Shown piece after piece: positions 1 through 7,520 of a stretch of 64,000 nucleotides of DNA. The position numbers and the translations under genes were made by a program. The DNA is taken from assembly GCA_965229885.1 (NCBI GenBank), contig CBDDJX010000003.1:1875060-1939059 (forward strand), read 5' to 3'. How positions within the stretch are numbered: the first letter of the stretch is position 1; each line of letters starts with the position of its first letter. Below the pieces are notes generated by a model. The model saw nothing but the letters and a program-made list of their open reading frames with translations. It did no database searches and was not told the DNA's origin. The stretch is from Vicinamibacterales bacterium (GTDB taxonomy: Bacteria > Acidobacteriota > Vicinamibacteria > Vicinamibacterales > CAVVIG01).

Positions 1-690
1 GACGAGGATGACTTTTTCGTACGCGGATGCGGTCTCCGGCTCAAAGGCGAATCCGTACTGAACCGGATTTCTCGCGATGACCATCGCGGCAAGAATCATC
101 GGCACGTATTCGCGGGTCTCGCGCGGCAGCAGCCTGACCTTGGCGGACAACTTCCAGAAATCGTCGATTCCTCCGGCGCGCTTGATCGCCTTCTGCACTC
201 TGCCCGGGCCACCGTTGTATGACGCCAGCGCGAAGTGCCAGTCCCCGTCGAATATCCTCCAGAGCGTCAGCAGGTACTTGCCCGCAGCCAGCGTGGACTT
301 TCCAGGATCCGATCGCTCGTCGATGTACCAATCGCGACGGAGGCCATTGTCCGCCGCGGTCCCGACCATGAACTGCCAGACGCCCTTGGCCTTGGCGCGC
401 GAGAGCGCATTCGGCTTGAACGCGCTCTCGACGAGCGGCACGTAGGCCAGATCCAACGGCAGCCCTTCAGCGCGGAACACGTTCCGGATCATCGGCAGAT
501 ACTTGCCGCCGCGCTTCATGCCGTCTTCGATGAAGTCGTGTAGCCGGCCCTGGAATAGCTCGATGTACGCCAGCACGCGCTGGTTGAGGGGGATGGGAAT
601 ATCGTGGACTGATGTCTCGAGGTCGAACCGAACTGTTCCGGTCAGCTCAGGCGGCGCCGTGGGCGGACCGAACGTGGTCGTCTCCGACAA
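1..690 (-). CDS. Lytic murein transglycosylase (SLT/MltD-like catalytic domain); 3' end runs off the window, 5' start unresolved
   Basis: My own minus-strand translation gives ...LPLDLAYVPLVESAFKPNALSRAKAKGVWQFMVGTAADNGLRRDWYIDERSDPGKSTLAAGKYLLTLWRIFDGDWHFALASYNGGPGRVQKAIKRAGG... This shows the ES, GxWQFM and AYNxGxG motifs of family 1 lytic transglycosylases. The frame opens after TAG at 721-723 and the first start-like codon is TTG at 690. No signal peptide is visible. Confidence 0.8.
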   Translation of the reverse strand, partial: MSETTTFGPPTAPPELTGTVRFDLETSVHDIPIPLNQRVLAYIELFQGRLHDFIEDGMKRGGKYLPMIRNVFRAEGLPLDLAYVPLVESAFKPNALSRAKAKGVWQFMVGTAADNGLRRDWYIDERSDPGKSTLAAGKYLLTLWRIFDGDWHFALASYNGGPGRVQKAIKRAGGIDDFWKLSAKVRLLPRETREYVPMILAAMVIARNPVQYGFAFEPETASAYEKVILV

Positions 691-831
691 CAGCTGATCG
701 ATGGACGCCGCCTCGTATCTCTATTTCCGTGAAACCGTCGCCTTCGGCCAGCGCTTTCACCTCGTGGGCGCTGTGAACAATCTCGGGAGGCCGCTCAGTG
801 CTTTAGGGGGCAAAACTGCGTAACCGGTAGC

Positions 832-2592
832 TTAGTTGCGCCAGGACAGGGACGTTGGGAACGTGATGACCTTGTGCTCTTCGGCGAGATCCCGGGCCGC
901 AGGGGTGACGATGGCGCGCTCCGAGATCAACAACTTTCGGCCCGCCTGAATCGCAAGCCGCACGTCTTCTTCGCAGACAAACTCGAGCAGCGGCTCGTGT
1001 GGTGGAACCTCGCTCGAAGGCGTCTCCACCGATGAACCAGCCCGACCTTCGGCCCGGTAACCGCGGGTGCCGAGAAATTCGTCAATCCGCCGGGAGAGCA
1101 CTCGGGCGTTGATGCCTGCCGGCGGCACGCCAGCCGGGGCCGACGGCGACGAGGCAGGCGCCGCTGTCGTCGCCATCTCTCTCGACGCCCCTTCCCGGGC
1201 TTCCCGCGTCGAACGGCTGACCCAGGGCACGATCTCATACGCCAGCCGCTTGATGTTCAGCAGATGTTTCGGCGAGATGTTGTCCGACGTGATGTTGCCG
1301 CCATAGCCGCCGCATCCGAGCGTCATGGCGGGATCGAGCCCGGTCGTGAGACCAATGGAACCGAGCGTCGTCGGCGTGTTGACGCAGATGCGGAACGCCG
1401 GCTTCTTGAGGCCGAACTCGAGAATGACCTGATCGTTCTGCGAGTGGATGGACATGGTATGGCCCATTCCGCCGTACCGCAGGATCTCCTTGCACCGTTC
1501 GCAGCCCTCGCGCCAGTCGCTGACGACGTAGAAGGAAAGAACAGGGCACAGCTTTTCGATCGAGAGGGGATAGTCACGTCCCACGCCCTGGAGCGGCGCG
1601 AGAAGCACGCGCGTCTCCGGCGGAAGCGTGAGGCCACACGCTTCCGCGATGAACGTGGCGGTCTTGCCGACCAGCGCCGGATTCGGCAGCCGCTTCGGCG
1701 TCACCAGCAGCCGCGCCACCGCATCCGTCTCTGCGGCATTCATGAAGTAGCCGCCCAGCCCCTGAAACTCGCGCTTGACGTCCTCCGCGATCGGCTGGTC
1801 GACGACGACGGAATTTTCAGAGGAGCAGAGGACGCCATTGTCGAACGTCTTGCCGGCGATGATGTCGCGAACGGCTTTCTTCACGTTCGCAGTCCGCTCG
1901 ATATACGCCGGCGCGTTGCCCGGTCCCACGCCGTACGCCGGCTTGCCCGCGCTGTACGCCGCGCGCACCAGGCCCATCCCGCCCGTCGCCAGAATGACGG
2001 CGACGTCGCGGTGCTTCATCAGCTCGTTCGTCCCTTCGAGCGTGACGACAGTCATCCAGTTAATGGCGCCGGCTGGAGCACCGGCTCGCCGCGCCGCGTC
2101 GTCCATCACCTCGGCGACGCGCGTGATGCACCTCACCGCCGAGGGATGCGGACTCAGCACGATCGCGCATCTCGCCTTCATGGCAATCAGGATCTTGTAG
2201 ATCGCCGTCGAGGTCGGGTTGGTCGACGGGACGACGGCGGCGACGACGCCGAATGGTTCGGCAATCTCAATCACGCGCTTGTCGTCGTCGCGCGCCACCA
2301 CGCCGACGGTTTTCATGGGACGGATGAAGTCGTAGACCTTCTGCGAGCAGAACAGGTTCTTCTGGATCTTGTCGGCGACGAGCCCGTAGCCCGTTTCCTC
2401 GACGGCGAGCCGCGCGAATGCCTCGGCCTGGGCGGTTGCGGCCTCCGCCGTCGCGTCGACGATCGTGTCGATGCGCTCCTGGCTGAATTCCGCCAGCTCC
2501 AGCCACGCCTGCTTGGCCCGCCGCGCCATGGCACGCGCTTCCGCGATGGAGGCGAGATCGAGATCGGTGGGCGGGGTAGGGGACTCGGCCAT
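832..2592 (-). CDS. CoA-acylating aldehyde dehydrogenase (EutE/PduP/AdhE-N type) with a C-terminal extension of about 130 aa
   Basis: 586-aa ORF with motifs EPFGVVAAVVPSTNPTST, ILATGG and the catalytic-Cys region FDNGVLCSSENSVVV, typical of acetaldehyde/propionaldehyde dehydrogenases (acylating). It is adjacent to a BMC-H gene. The tail after about residue 455 is Pro/Ala/Ser-rich and ends in a conserved-looking module. Confidence 0.9.
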   Translation of the reverse strand: MAESPTPPTDLDLASIAEARAMARRAKQAWLELAEFSQERIDTIVDATAEAATAQAEAFARLAVEETGYGLVADKIQKNLFCSQKVYDFIRPMKTVGVVARDDDKRVIEIAEPFGVVAAVVPSTNPTSTAIYKILIAMKARCAIVLSPHPSAVRCITRVAEVMDDAARRAGAPAGAINWMTVVTLEGTNELMKHRDVAVILATGGMGLVRAAYSAGKPAYGVGPGNAPAYIERTANVKKAVRDIIAGKTFDNGVLCSSENSVVVDQPIAEDVKREFQGLGGYFMNAAETDAVARLLVTPKRLPNPALVGKTATFIAEACGLTLPPETRVLLAPLQGVGRDYPLSIEKLCPVLSFYVVSDWREGCERCKEILRYGGMGHTMSIHSQNDQVILEFGLKKPAFRICVNTPTTLGSIGLTTGLDPAMTLGCGGYGGNITSDNISPKHLLNIKRLAYEIVPWVSRSTREAREGASREMATTAAPASSPSAPAGVPPAGINARVLSRRIDEFLGTRGYRAEGRAGSSVETPSSEVPPHEPLLEFVCEEDVRLAIQAGRKLLISERAIVTPAARDLAEEHKVITFPTSLSWRN

Positions 2593-2621
2593 GGTCGGCG
2601 TCGCTCAGGTTCGTCTGGCGG

Positions 2622-2900
2622 CTACGTTCCTTTCGGCAGTATCCGTTCCACCTCGCTGTGCGGCCGCGGGATGACGTGCACCGACACGAGCTCGCCGGCG
2701 CGGCGCGCGGCGGCGGCTCCGGCGTCAGTCGCGGCCTTCACGGCCCCGACATCGCCACGGACCATGACCGTCACGTACCCGGCGCCGATGTACTCCTTGC
2801 CGATCAGCGTGACGCTGGCGGCCTTGACCATCGCATCGGCCGCCTCGATCGATCCAATCAGTCCCTTTGTTTCGATGAGTCCCAGCGCTTCAGACGACAT
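2622..2900 (-). CDS. Bacterial microcompartment shell protein, BMC-H (PduA/EutM/CcmK fold, Pfam00936-type)
   Basis: 92-aa ORF: [85 protein letters not shown]. This is a near-canonical single-domain BMC hexamer sequence. Confidence 0.95.
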   Translation of the reverse strand: MSSEALGLIETKGLIGSIEAADAMVKAASVTLIGKEYIGAGYVTVMVRGDVGAVKAATDAGAAAARRAGELVSVHVIPRPHSEVERILPKGT

Positions 2901-3024
2901 TCGTTTGTGTACTCGTGCGTGTTCGGGGGGAGGCGCTCGCGCGGAACTCTAACAGATTACGACAGATGCGGCAACTGAACTACCATCACCCTGGCGCGAT
3001 CGACCGCCCGTTCCAAGGACCCCC

Positions 3025-3936
3025 ATGACTATGTCCTTCCGCTCGACATCACCCGCATCCGCATCGATGTCCGTGGCGGCGCTCGTGGTGGCGACGATTT
3101 TCCTCGCCGCGTGCAGCCGCAAGGAGCCGCCGACGCCACCGGTCGCGACGGCCTCGGTCGCCGTGAATCGCCAGGCGGCGCCGCTCGGCAGTCCGCTCGA
3201 CATCACGTACACGTTCGTCGTCGCCAGCGGCGCGACATTCAACGAGGCGTACCGCGTCATGCTCCACGTGGTCGATGCCGACGATGAGCTGATGTGGACA
3301 GACGATCACGATCCGCCGACGCCGACGACCGAGTGGATGCCGGGGCAGACGGTCGAGTACACGCGTACGGTGTTCGTGCCGATCTACCCGTACATCGGCG
3401 ACGCCGGGTTGCAGGTCGGTCTATATTCGCCCAGGACCGGGACCCGGCTCACGCTCGACGGTGAGGATGCCGGGCAGCGCGCCTACACGGCTGGAACGCT
3501 GCAGCTGCAACCACAGAGCGAGAACCTCCTCACCGTGTTCACGGATGGCTGGTATGCGGCCGAAATGGCCGAGCACAACGCGTCCACTGAGTGGCACTGG
3601 ACCAAGAAGCAGGCCACGCTCGCGTTCAGGAATCCCAGGAAGGACGCCTCGTTTTACCTCGACGTCGATAACCCGGGCGGCGCGTTCAACGAAAACCAGA
3701 AAGTGACCGTCACGCTTGGCGGCACCGTGCTCGACGAATTCGAGCTGACGCCCCAGAAGCAGATCCTGCGACGGATCCCGCTCAAAGCGGATCAGATGGG
3801 CGCCGCTGAGATGGCCGAGCTTCAGGTCACGGTCGACAAGACGTTCGTCCCCATGCAAGTCAGCGGCGGGGCCAGCAAGGATTCGCGCGAGCTCGGCATC
3901 CGCGTGTTCCATGCGTTCATCCAACCGGTCGGCTGA
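3025..3936 (+). CDS. Putative lipoprotein of unknown function
   Basis: 303-aa ORF. The N-terminus MSVAALVVATIFLAAC has a lipobox (LAAC). Its 3' end overlaps the start of the following GT-C gene by 26 nt, which suggests co-translation. Confidence 0.6.
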   Translation: MTMSFRSTSPASASMSVAALVVATIFLAACSRKEPPTPPVATASVAVNRQAAPLGSPLDITYTFVVASGATFNEAYRVMLHVVDADDELMWTDDHDPPTPTTEWMPGQTVEYTRTVFVPIYPYIGDAGLQVGLYSPRTGTRLTLDGEDAGQRAYTAGTLQLQPQSENLLTVFTDGWYAAEMAEHNASTEWHWTKKQATLAFRNPRKDASFYLDVDNPGGAFNENQKVTVTLGGTVLDEFELTPQKQILRRIPLKADQMGAAEMAELQVTVDKTFVPMQVSGGASKDSRELGIRVFHAFIQPVG

Positions 3937-5539
3937 CGCCCGCCGGCTCCTCCAGCTCCTGCTCATCGCGGCGCTCGTCATCGTCGCTCGGGCGCCGTTT
4001 CTCCTCCACGGCGATCGCTTCTTCGACTCCGACGAGGCTGTGGAAGGGCTGATGGCCAGCCACGTTCTTCAAGGTGAGTACCCGGCGTTTCTCTGGGGAC
4101 AGCACTACAAGGGCGTACCGGAGGTGTATCTCGCGGCGGCCGTGTTTGCCGTCACCGGCCCGAGCGTGGTCGCGCTCAAGAGCGTGACGCTCGCCTGCTT
4201 CGCCCTGTTCGTCTGCCTCCAGTTCGTCCTTGTCGAGCGGCTGTTTTCGCGGGCGATCGCCTGGATGGCGACGGGGTTCCTGGTGCTCGGTCCGCCGTCG
4301 CTCGTCCTGTGGAGCCTCAGCGCGAACGCGGAAGTCGTGATGACGCTGCTTGCGGGCACCGTCATGTGTCTGGGATTCGACATCTGGCGGCGGACAGGCT
4401 CACGCGGGGCCTTCGTGGCCGCCTCGGCCGCGGCCGGCTTCGGACTGTGGGTGCACCAGTACATCATTTACTACTGGATCGCGCTGGGGCTGGCCGTTCT
4501 CCATTCACTCCCGCAGCGTCGCAAGATCCTCGAGTCCGTGGTGGCCGCGCGCGAGATCCCGGCGTGGCTGCGGACGCTCACCGCCGGGCTCGCCGTCGTC
4601 GCGGTTGCGTATGTCGCGCTCGGCGCCGTGGCATTCCTGACGGGCGGATTCGATGCGGCGGCGCTTGGCGTTCGCATCGGCGTGCATCACCCGCAGAAGC
4701 TCTGGCATATCGCCGCGGGACTGCTGGTGATCGTTGTCGTGGCGCGTGCCGTCCCGCTGTCAACGATCGAGAGCCGTGCGACACGCTCGCTGATCTCAGC
4801 AGCCGCGCTCGCCTTCGCCGTCGGCTACGCGCCAGCGCTGGCCGCGTATGCCACCGGCGGCGGATCGCCCCCCATCACGCGCACGGATCTTGCCGGCCTC
4901 TCCGCCGCCATCTCGCCGTTCGCCCGTCAGATCGTACCCATCGTGCTTGGCTTCAGGAGTCCCGCGACCGGCTGGCTGCCGGTGCCGTTCTGGCTCGGGC
5001 TGCCGCTCGTGTTCGCGATCGTCGCGTCGGGCGTGGCGCTCAGGGAACGGCCGTCTACGCCGCTGTTTCATTTCCTCGTGCTCACCACGCCGGTGATCTT
5101 CCTCGTGAGCGGGGCGTTTATCGACGCGCAGTCGTATCGTTATCTGATGCCGCTGTCCGGCGCATTGGCTGTCGTGCTCGCGCTCGGAGTCTGGCGGATA
5201 TTCCGGCGGAGCCGCGTCGCCGGCGCGATATCGCTCGCCATGATGCTCACGCTCTTCGGACTGGAACAACGCGCGTGGTATCGCGAACTCGCGCCGGACA
5301 CACAATCGGCCGCGACCATCCGGTGCCTCGATCGGAGCGGCGTGCGGGCGGCCTTTGCCGACTACTGGACGAGCTACAAGCTGACGTTCCTGACCGGCGA
5401 GCGCATTGTCGTCGCCCCCGACAACGGGGTGGATCGATATCCACCCTATACGGTCCGGGTTCGAGCCCAGCCGTCCCCGCCGAGAATCCCTGTTGTAATG
5501 GGACTCTCTTGCACGCAAGATATGTTTTTGTCGCGCTGA
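3911..5539 (+). CDS. Polytopic membrane glycosyltransferase, GT-C fold (GT39/ArnT/PMT_2-like)
   Basis: 542-aa ORF with more than 10 hydrophobic segments. The first-loop acidic motif FFDSDEAVEG is typical of GT-C enzymes, and there is a soluble C-terminal tail. Confidence 0.65.
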   Translation: MRSSNRSADARRLLQLLLIAALVIVARAPFLLHGDRFFDSDEAVEGLMASHVLQGEYPAFLWGQHYKGVPEVYLAAAVFAVTGPSVVALKSVTLACFALFVCLQFVLVERLFSRAIAWMATGFLVLGPPSLVLWSLSANAEVVMTLLAGTVMCLGFDIWRRTGSRGAFVAASAAAGFGLWVHQYIIYYWIALGLAVLHSLPQRRKILESVVAAREIPAWLRTLTAGLAVVAVAYVALGAVAFLTGGFDAAALGVRIGVHHPQKLWHIAAGLLVIVVVARAVPLSTIESRATRSLISAAALAFAVGYAPALAAYATGGGSPPITRTDLAGLSAAISPFARQIVPIVLGFRSPATGWLPVPFWLGLPLVFAIVASGVALRERPSTPLFHFLVLTTPVIFLVSGAFIDAQSYRYLMPLSGALAVVLALGVWRIFRRSRVAGAISLAMMLTLFGLEQRAWYRELAPDTQSAATIRCLDRSGVRAAFADYWTSYKLTFLTGERIVVAPDNGVDRYPPYTVRVRAQPSPPRIPVVMGLSCTQDMFLSR

Positions 5540-6156
5540 GCTTCCTCGCGGTCGCGACTCCCGTGCGCGTGGAACTGGTCTTTTTCGCGAGCGGTCGCAC
5601 CCTCAACGTCAGGAGTCACCGGAGCGAGGGTGGCTCGCTCGTGCTAACGCTGCGGAGCGGAGGGGAAATGGTCTGCGAACCGGCGCTCATCGCGCGGATG
5701 GCGCCTAACGAAGCACCGTACCCGGAACCGGCACGAACGGTCCGGCTAGAGCCGGACGCGACGATCGATGTGCCTGCCCCCGATCCACACACGCCGTACG
5801 CCGACATCATCGATCGCGTCGCCGTGAGAGAAGGGGTGGACGCGAGGCTGGTTCGGGCTGTGATCGAGGTGGAATCGGGGTACCGGCCACTTGCCCGGTC
5901 GGCGAAGGGCGCCATGAGTCTGATGCAGTTGATGCCCGCGACGGCTCGCCACTACGCGGTCGCCAATCCTTACGATCCGGCCGCGAACATCGAAGCCGGC
6001 ATCAAGCACCTCAAGTCGCTGCTGGCGCGGTATCCGCGGGCGCTGGCCGCGTACAACGCCGGGGACGCGGCAGTTGAGCGTTTCGGCGGCATTCCGCCCT
6101 ACGCGGACACGCACCACTACGTCTCGCGTGTCCTCCAGATCGTCGGGCGATCCTGA
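5509..6156 (+). CDS. Secreted lytic transglycosylase (SLT domain)
   Basis: The C-terminal part of track ORF 4309..6156 reads RLVRAVIEVESGYRPLARSAKGAMSLMQLMPATARHY...GIKHLKSLLARYPRALAAYNAGDAAVERFGGIPPY (E-S, MQLMP and AYNAG motifs). A TTG at 5509 gives the signal-like N-terminus MHARYVFVALSFLAVATPV. The alternative start is ATG 5668. Confidence 0.75.
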   Translation: MHARYVFVALSFLAVATPVRVELVFFASGRTLNVRSHRSEGGSLVLTLRSGGEMVCEPALIARMAPNEAPYPEPARTVRLEPDATIDVPAPDPHTPYADIIDRVAVREGVDARLVRAVIEVESGYRPLARSAKGAMSLMQLMPATARHYAVANPYDPAANIEAGIKHLKSLLARYPRALAAYNAGDAAVERFGGIPPYADTHHYVSRVLQIVGRS

Positions 6157-6247
6157 ACACGGTCCGGCTGCCTTCGCTTTCCGCTCAGGCCAGGCAAGCC
6201 TTGACCACGGTCTCGGATCTATCTCGTACAAAAGAGTCCGGATAACT

Positions 6248-6256
6248 TGGTATAAT
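6248..6256 (+). promoter_or_regulatory. Candidate extended -10 promoter element (TGgTATAAT) upstream of the secretion/pilus cluster
   Basis: Sequence tggtataat at 6248-6256 lies 32 nt upstream of the TTG start at 6288. No good -35 element is present. Confidence 0.35.
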
Positions 6257-6287
6257 TTGATGCCAACCGTGCCCGTCAAACCGTCCA

Positions 6288-7505
6288 TTGAGCGTGGAAT
6301 TTCGCTGCCGCATCGCCTCGCCCAGCGGTGAAATTATCGAGGGTATGTACATCGCCGAGAACGAGGCGAAGCTTCGCCACGAACTGGAAGGGAAGGGCTT
6401 GTACGTCCTGGCGATTCAGGCCAAGGGCGCCATCGCGGGCATTTCGCTCCGGCTCCCGCAATCGCGGTCGATCAACGAGCGGGAATTTCTGATCTTCAAT
6501 CAGGAACTGGCGACGCTGCTCAAGGCCGGCCTGCCGCTCGTCCAGGCGCTCGATCTGCTCAAGCGACGGGTGACATCGCCGGTCTTTCGCGCCGTCCTCA
6601 ACGATGTGCACGAGCGAGTGCGGTCCGGCATCGCGCTCTCCGACGCATTTGCCGCGCATGGCGATCTCTTTTCCGGCGTGTATACGGCGTCGCTGCTGGC
6701 GGGCGAGCAGAGCGGCAACCTGGACGCCGTCCTCCGCCGCTATGTCGACTACGCGAAGGTCATCGCGACACTCAAGCGAAAGATCGTCTCGGCGCTGGTG
6801 TATCCGGCGATTCTGATTGTGCTGGCGCTCGGGCTCGTGTCGCTCATCGTCCTCAGGGTGGTGCCGGCGTTCGCGGACTTCTACGCCGGCTTCGGGGCGC
6901 AACTGCCGCTCGCGACGCAGGTCATCATGGCAGTGTCGACGCTCCTTCGCGAGCAGTTCCTGCTCGTCGCGATCGCCGTGGCGGCTGGAGGGGCGGCCAT
7001 CTTTCTCTGGCTCCGGCAGGCAGGACAGCAGTCGCGCTTCGACCGTCTGGTCCTCACGCTTCCGGGCCTCGGCCCCATGGCCAGGAAATTTGCGACGTCT
7101 CAGATGACGAGAACGCTGGCGACGCTGCTCGGCGGCGGTCTTCCGCTCGTCAACGCGCTCGACATCGCGGCGCGTTCGGTCGGCAATCGGCACGTGGCGG
7201 GACAGCTCGACATCGTCGCGACGCGCGTGCGCGAGGGCGAGTCGCTCGCCGCGGCGCTCGATGCGCGCAAGACGTTTCCCGATGTCGCGGTGCGAATGGC
7301 AGAAGTGGGGGAGGCGACCGGCGCGCTTCAGGAGATGCTCAATACGGTGTCCGACTTCTTTGACGAGGAAATCGCCACGTACATGGAGCGGTTCGTCACG
7401 CTCGTCGAGCCCGTACTGCTCGTGATCATGGGCATCGTGATCGCGGGCCTGCTGCTCGCGCTGTACATGCCGCTGTTCCAGTTGAGCTCGGTGCTCTCGC
7501 AATAG
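6288..7505 (+). CDS. Type II secretion / type IV pilus platform protein (GspF/PilC family)
   Basis: 405-aa ORF with two GspF repeats (EREFLIFNQELATLLKAGLPLVQAL... and KFATSQMTRTLATLLGGGLPLVNAL...) and three TM segments. It ends at TAG 7503-7505. Confidence 0.9.
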   Translation: MSVEFRCRIASPSGEIIEGMYIAENEAKLRHELEGKGLYVLAIQAKGAIAGISLRLPQSRSINEREFLIFNQELATLLKAGLPLVQALDLLKRRVTSPVFRAVLNDVHERVRSGIALSDAFAAHGDLFSGVYTASLLAGEQSGNLDAVLRRYVDYAKVIATLKRKIVSALVYPAILIVLALGLVSLIVLRVVPAFADFYAGFGAQLPLATQVIMAVSTLLREQFLLVAIAVAAGGAAIFLWLRQAGQQSRFDRLVLTLPGLGPMARKFATSQMTRTLATLLGGGLPLVNALDIAARSVGNRHVAGQLDIVATRVREGESLAAALDARKTFPDVAVRMAEVGEATGALQEMLNTVSDFFDEEIATYMERFVTLVEPVLLVIMGIVIAGLLLALYMPLFQLSSVLSQ

Positions 7506-7520
7506 CCGGCATCGATAGAT

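Noticed and set aside
1264-2952. 562-aa plus-strand ORF overlapping the aldehyde dehydrogenase and BMC-H genes
   Set aside because: It is antisense to two genes with canonical motifs, and its Arg/Gly/Asp-rich composition shows no recognisable domain.
4309-5508. N-terminal 400 aa of the 615-aa plus-strand ORF 4309..6156
   Set aside because: Only the last roughly 215 aa (from TTG 5509) are SLT-like and have a signal peptide. The upstream part is an alternative frame of the GT-C membrane protein gene, with Arg-rich nonsense composition.
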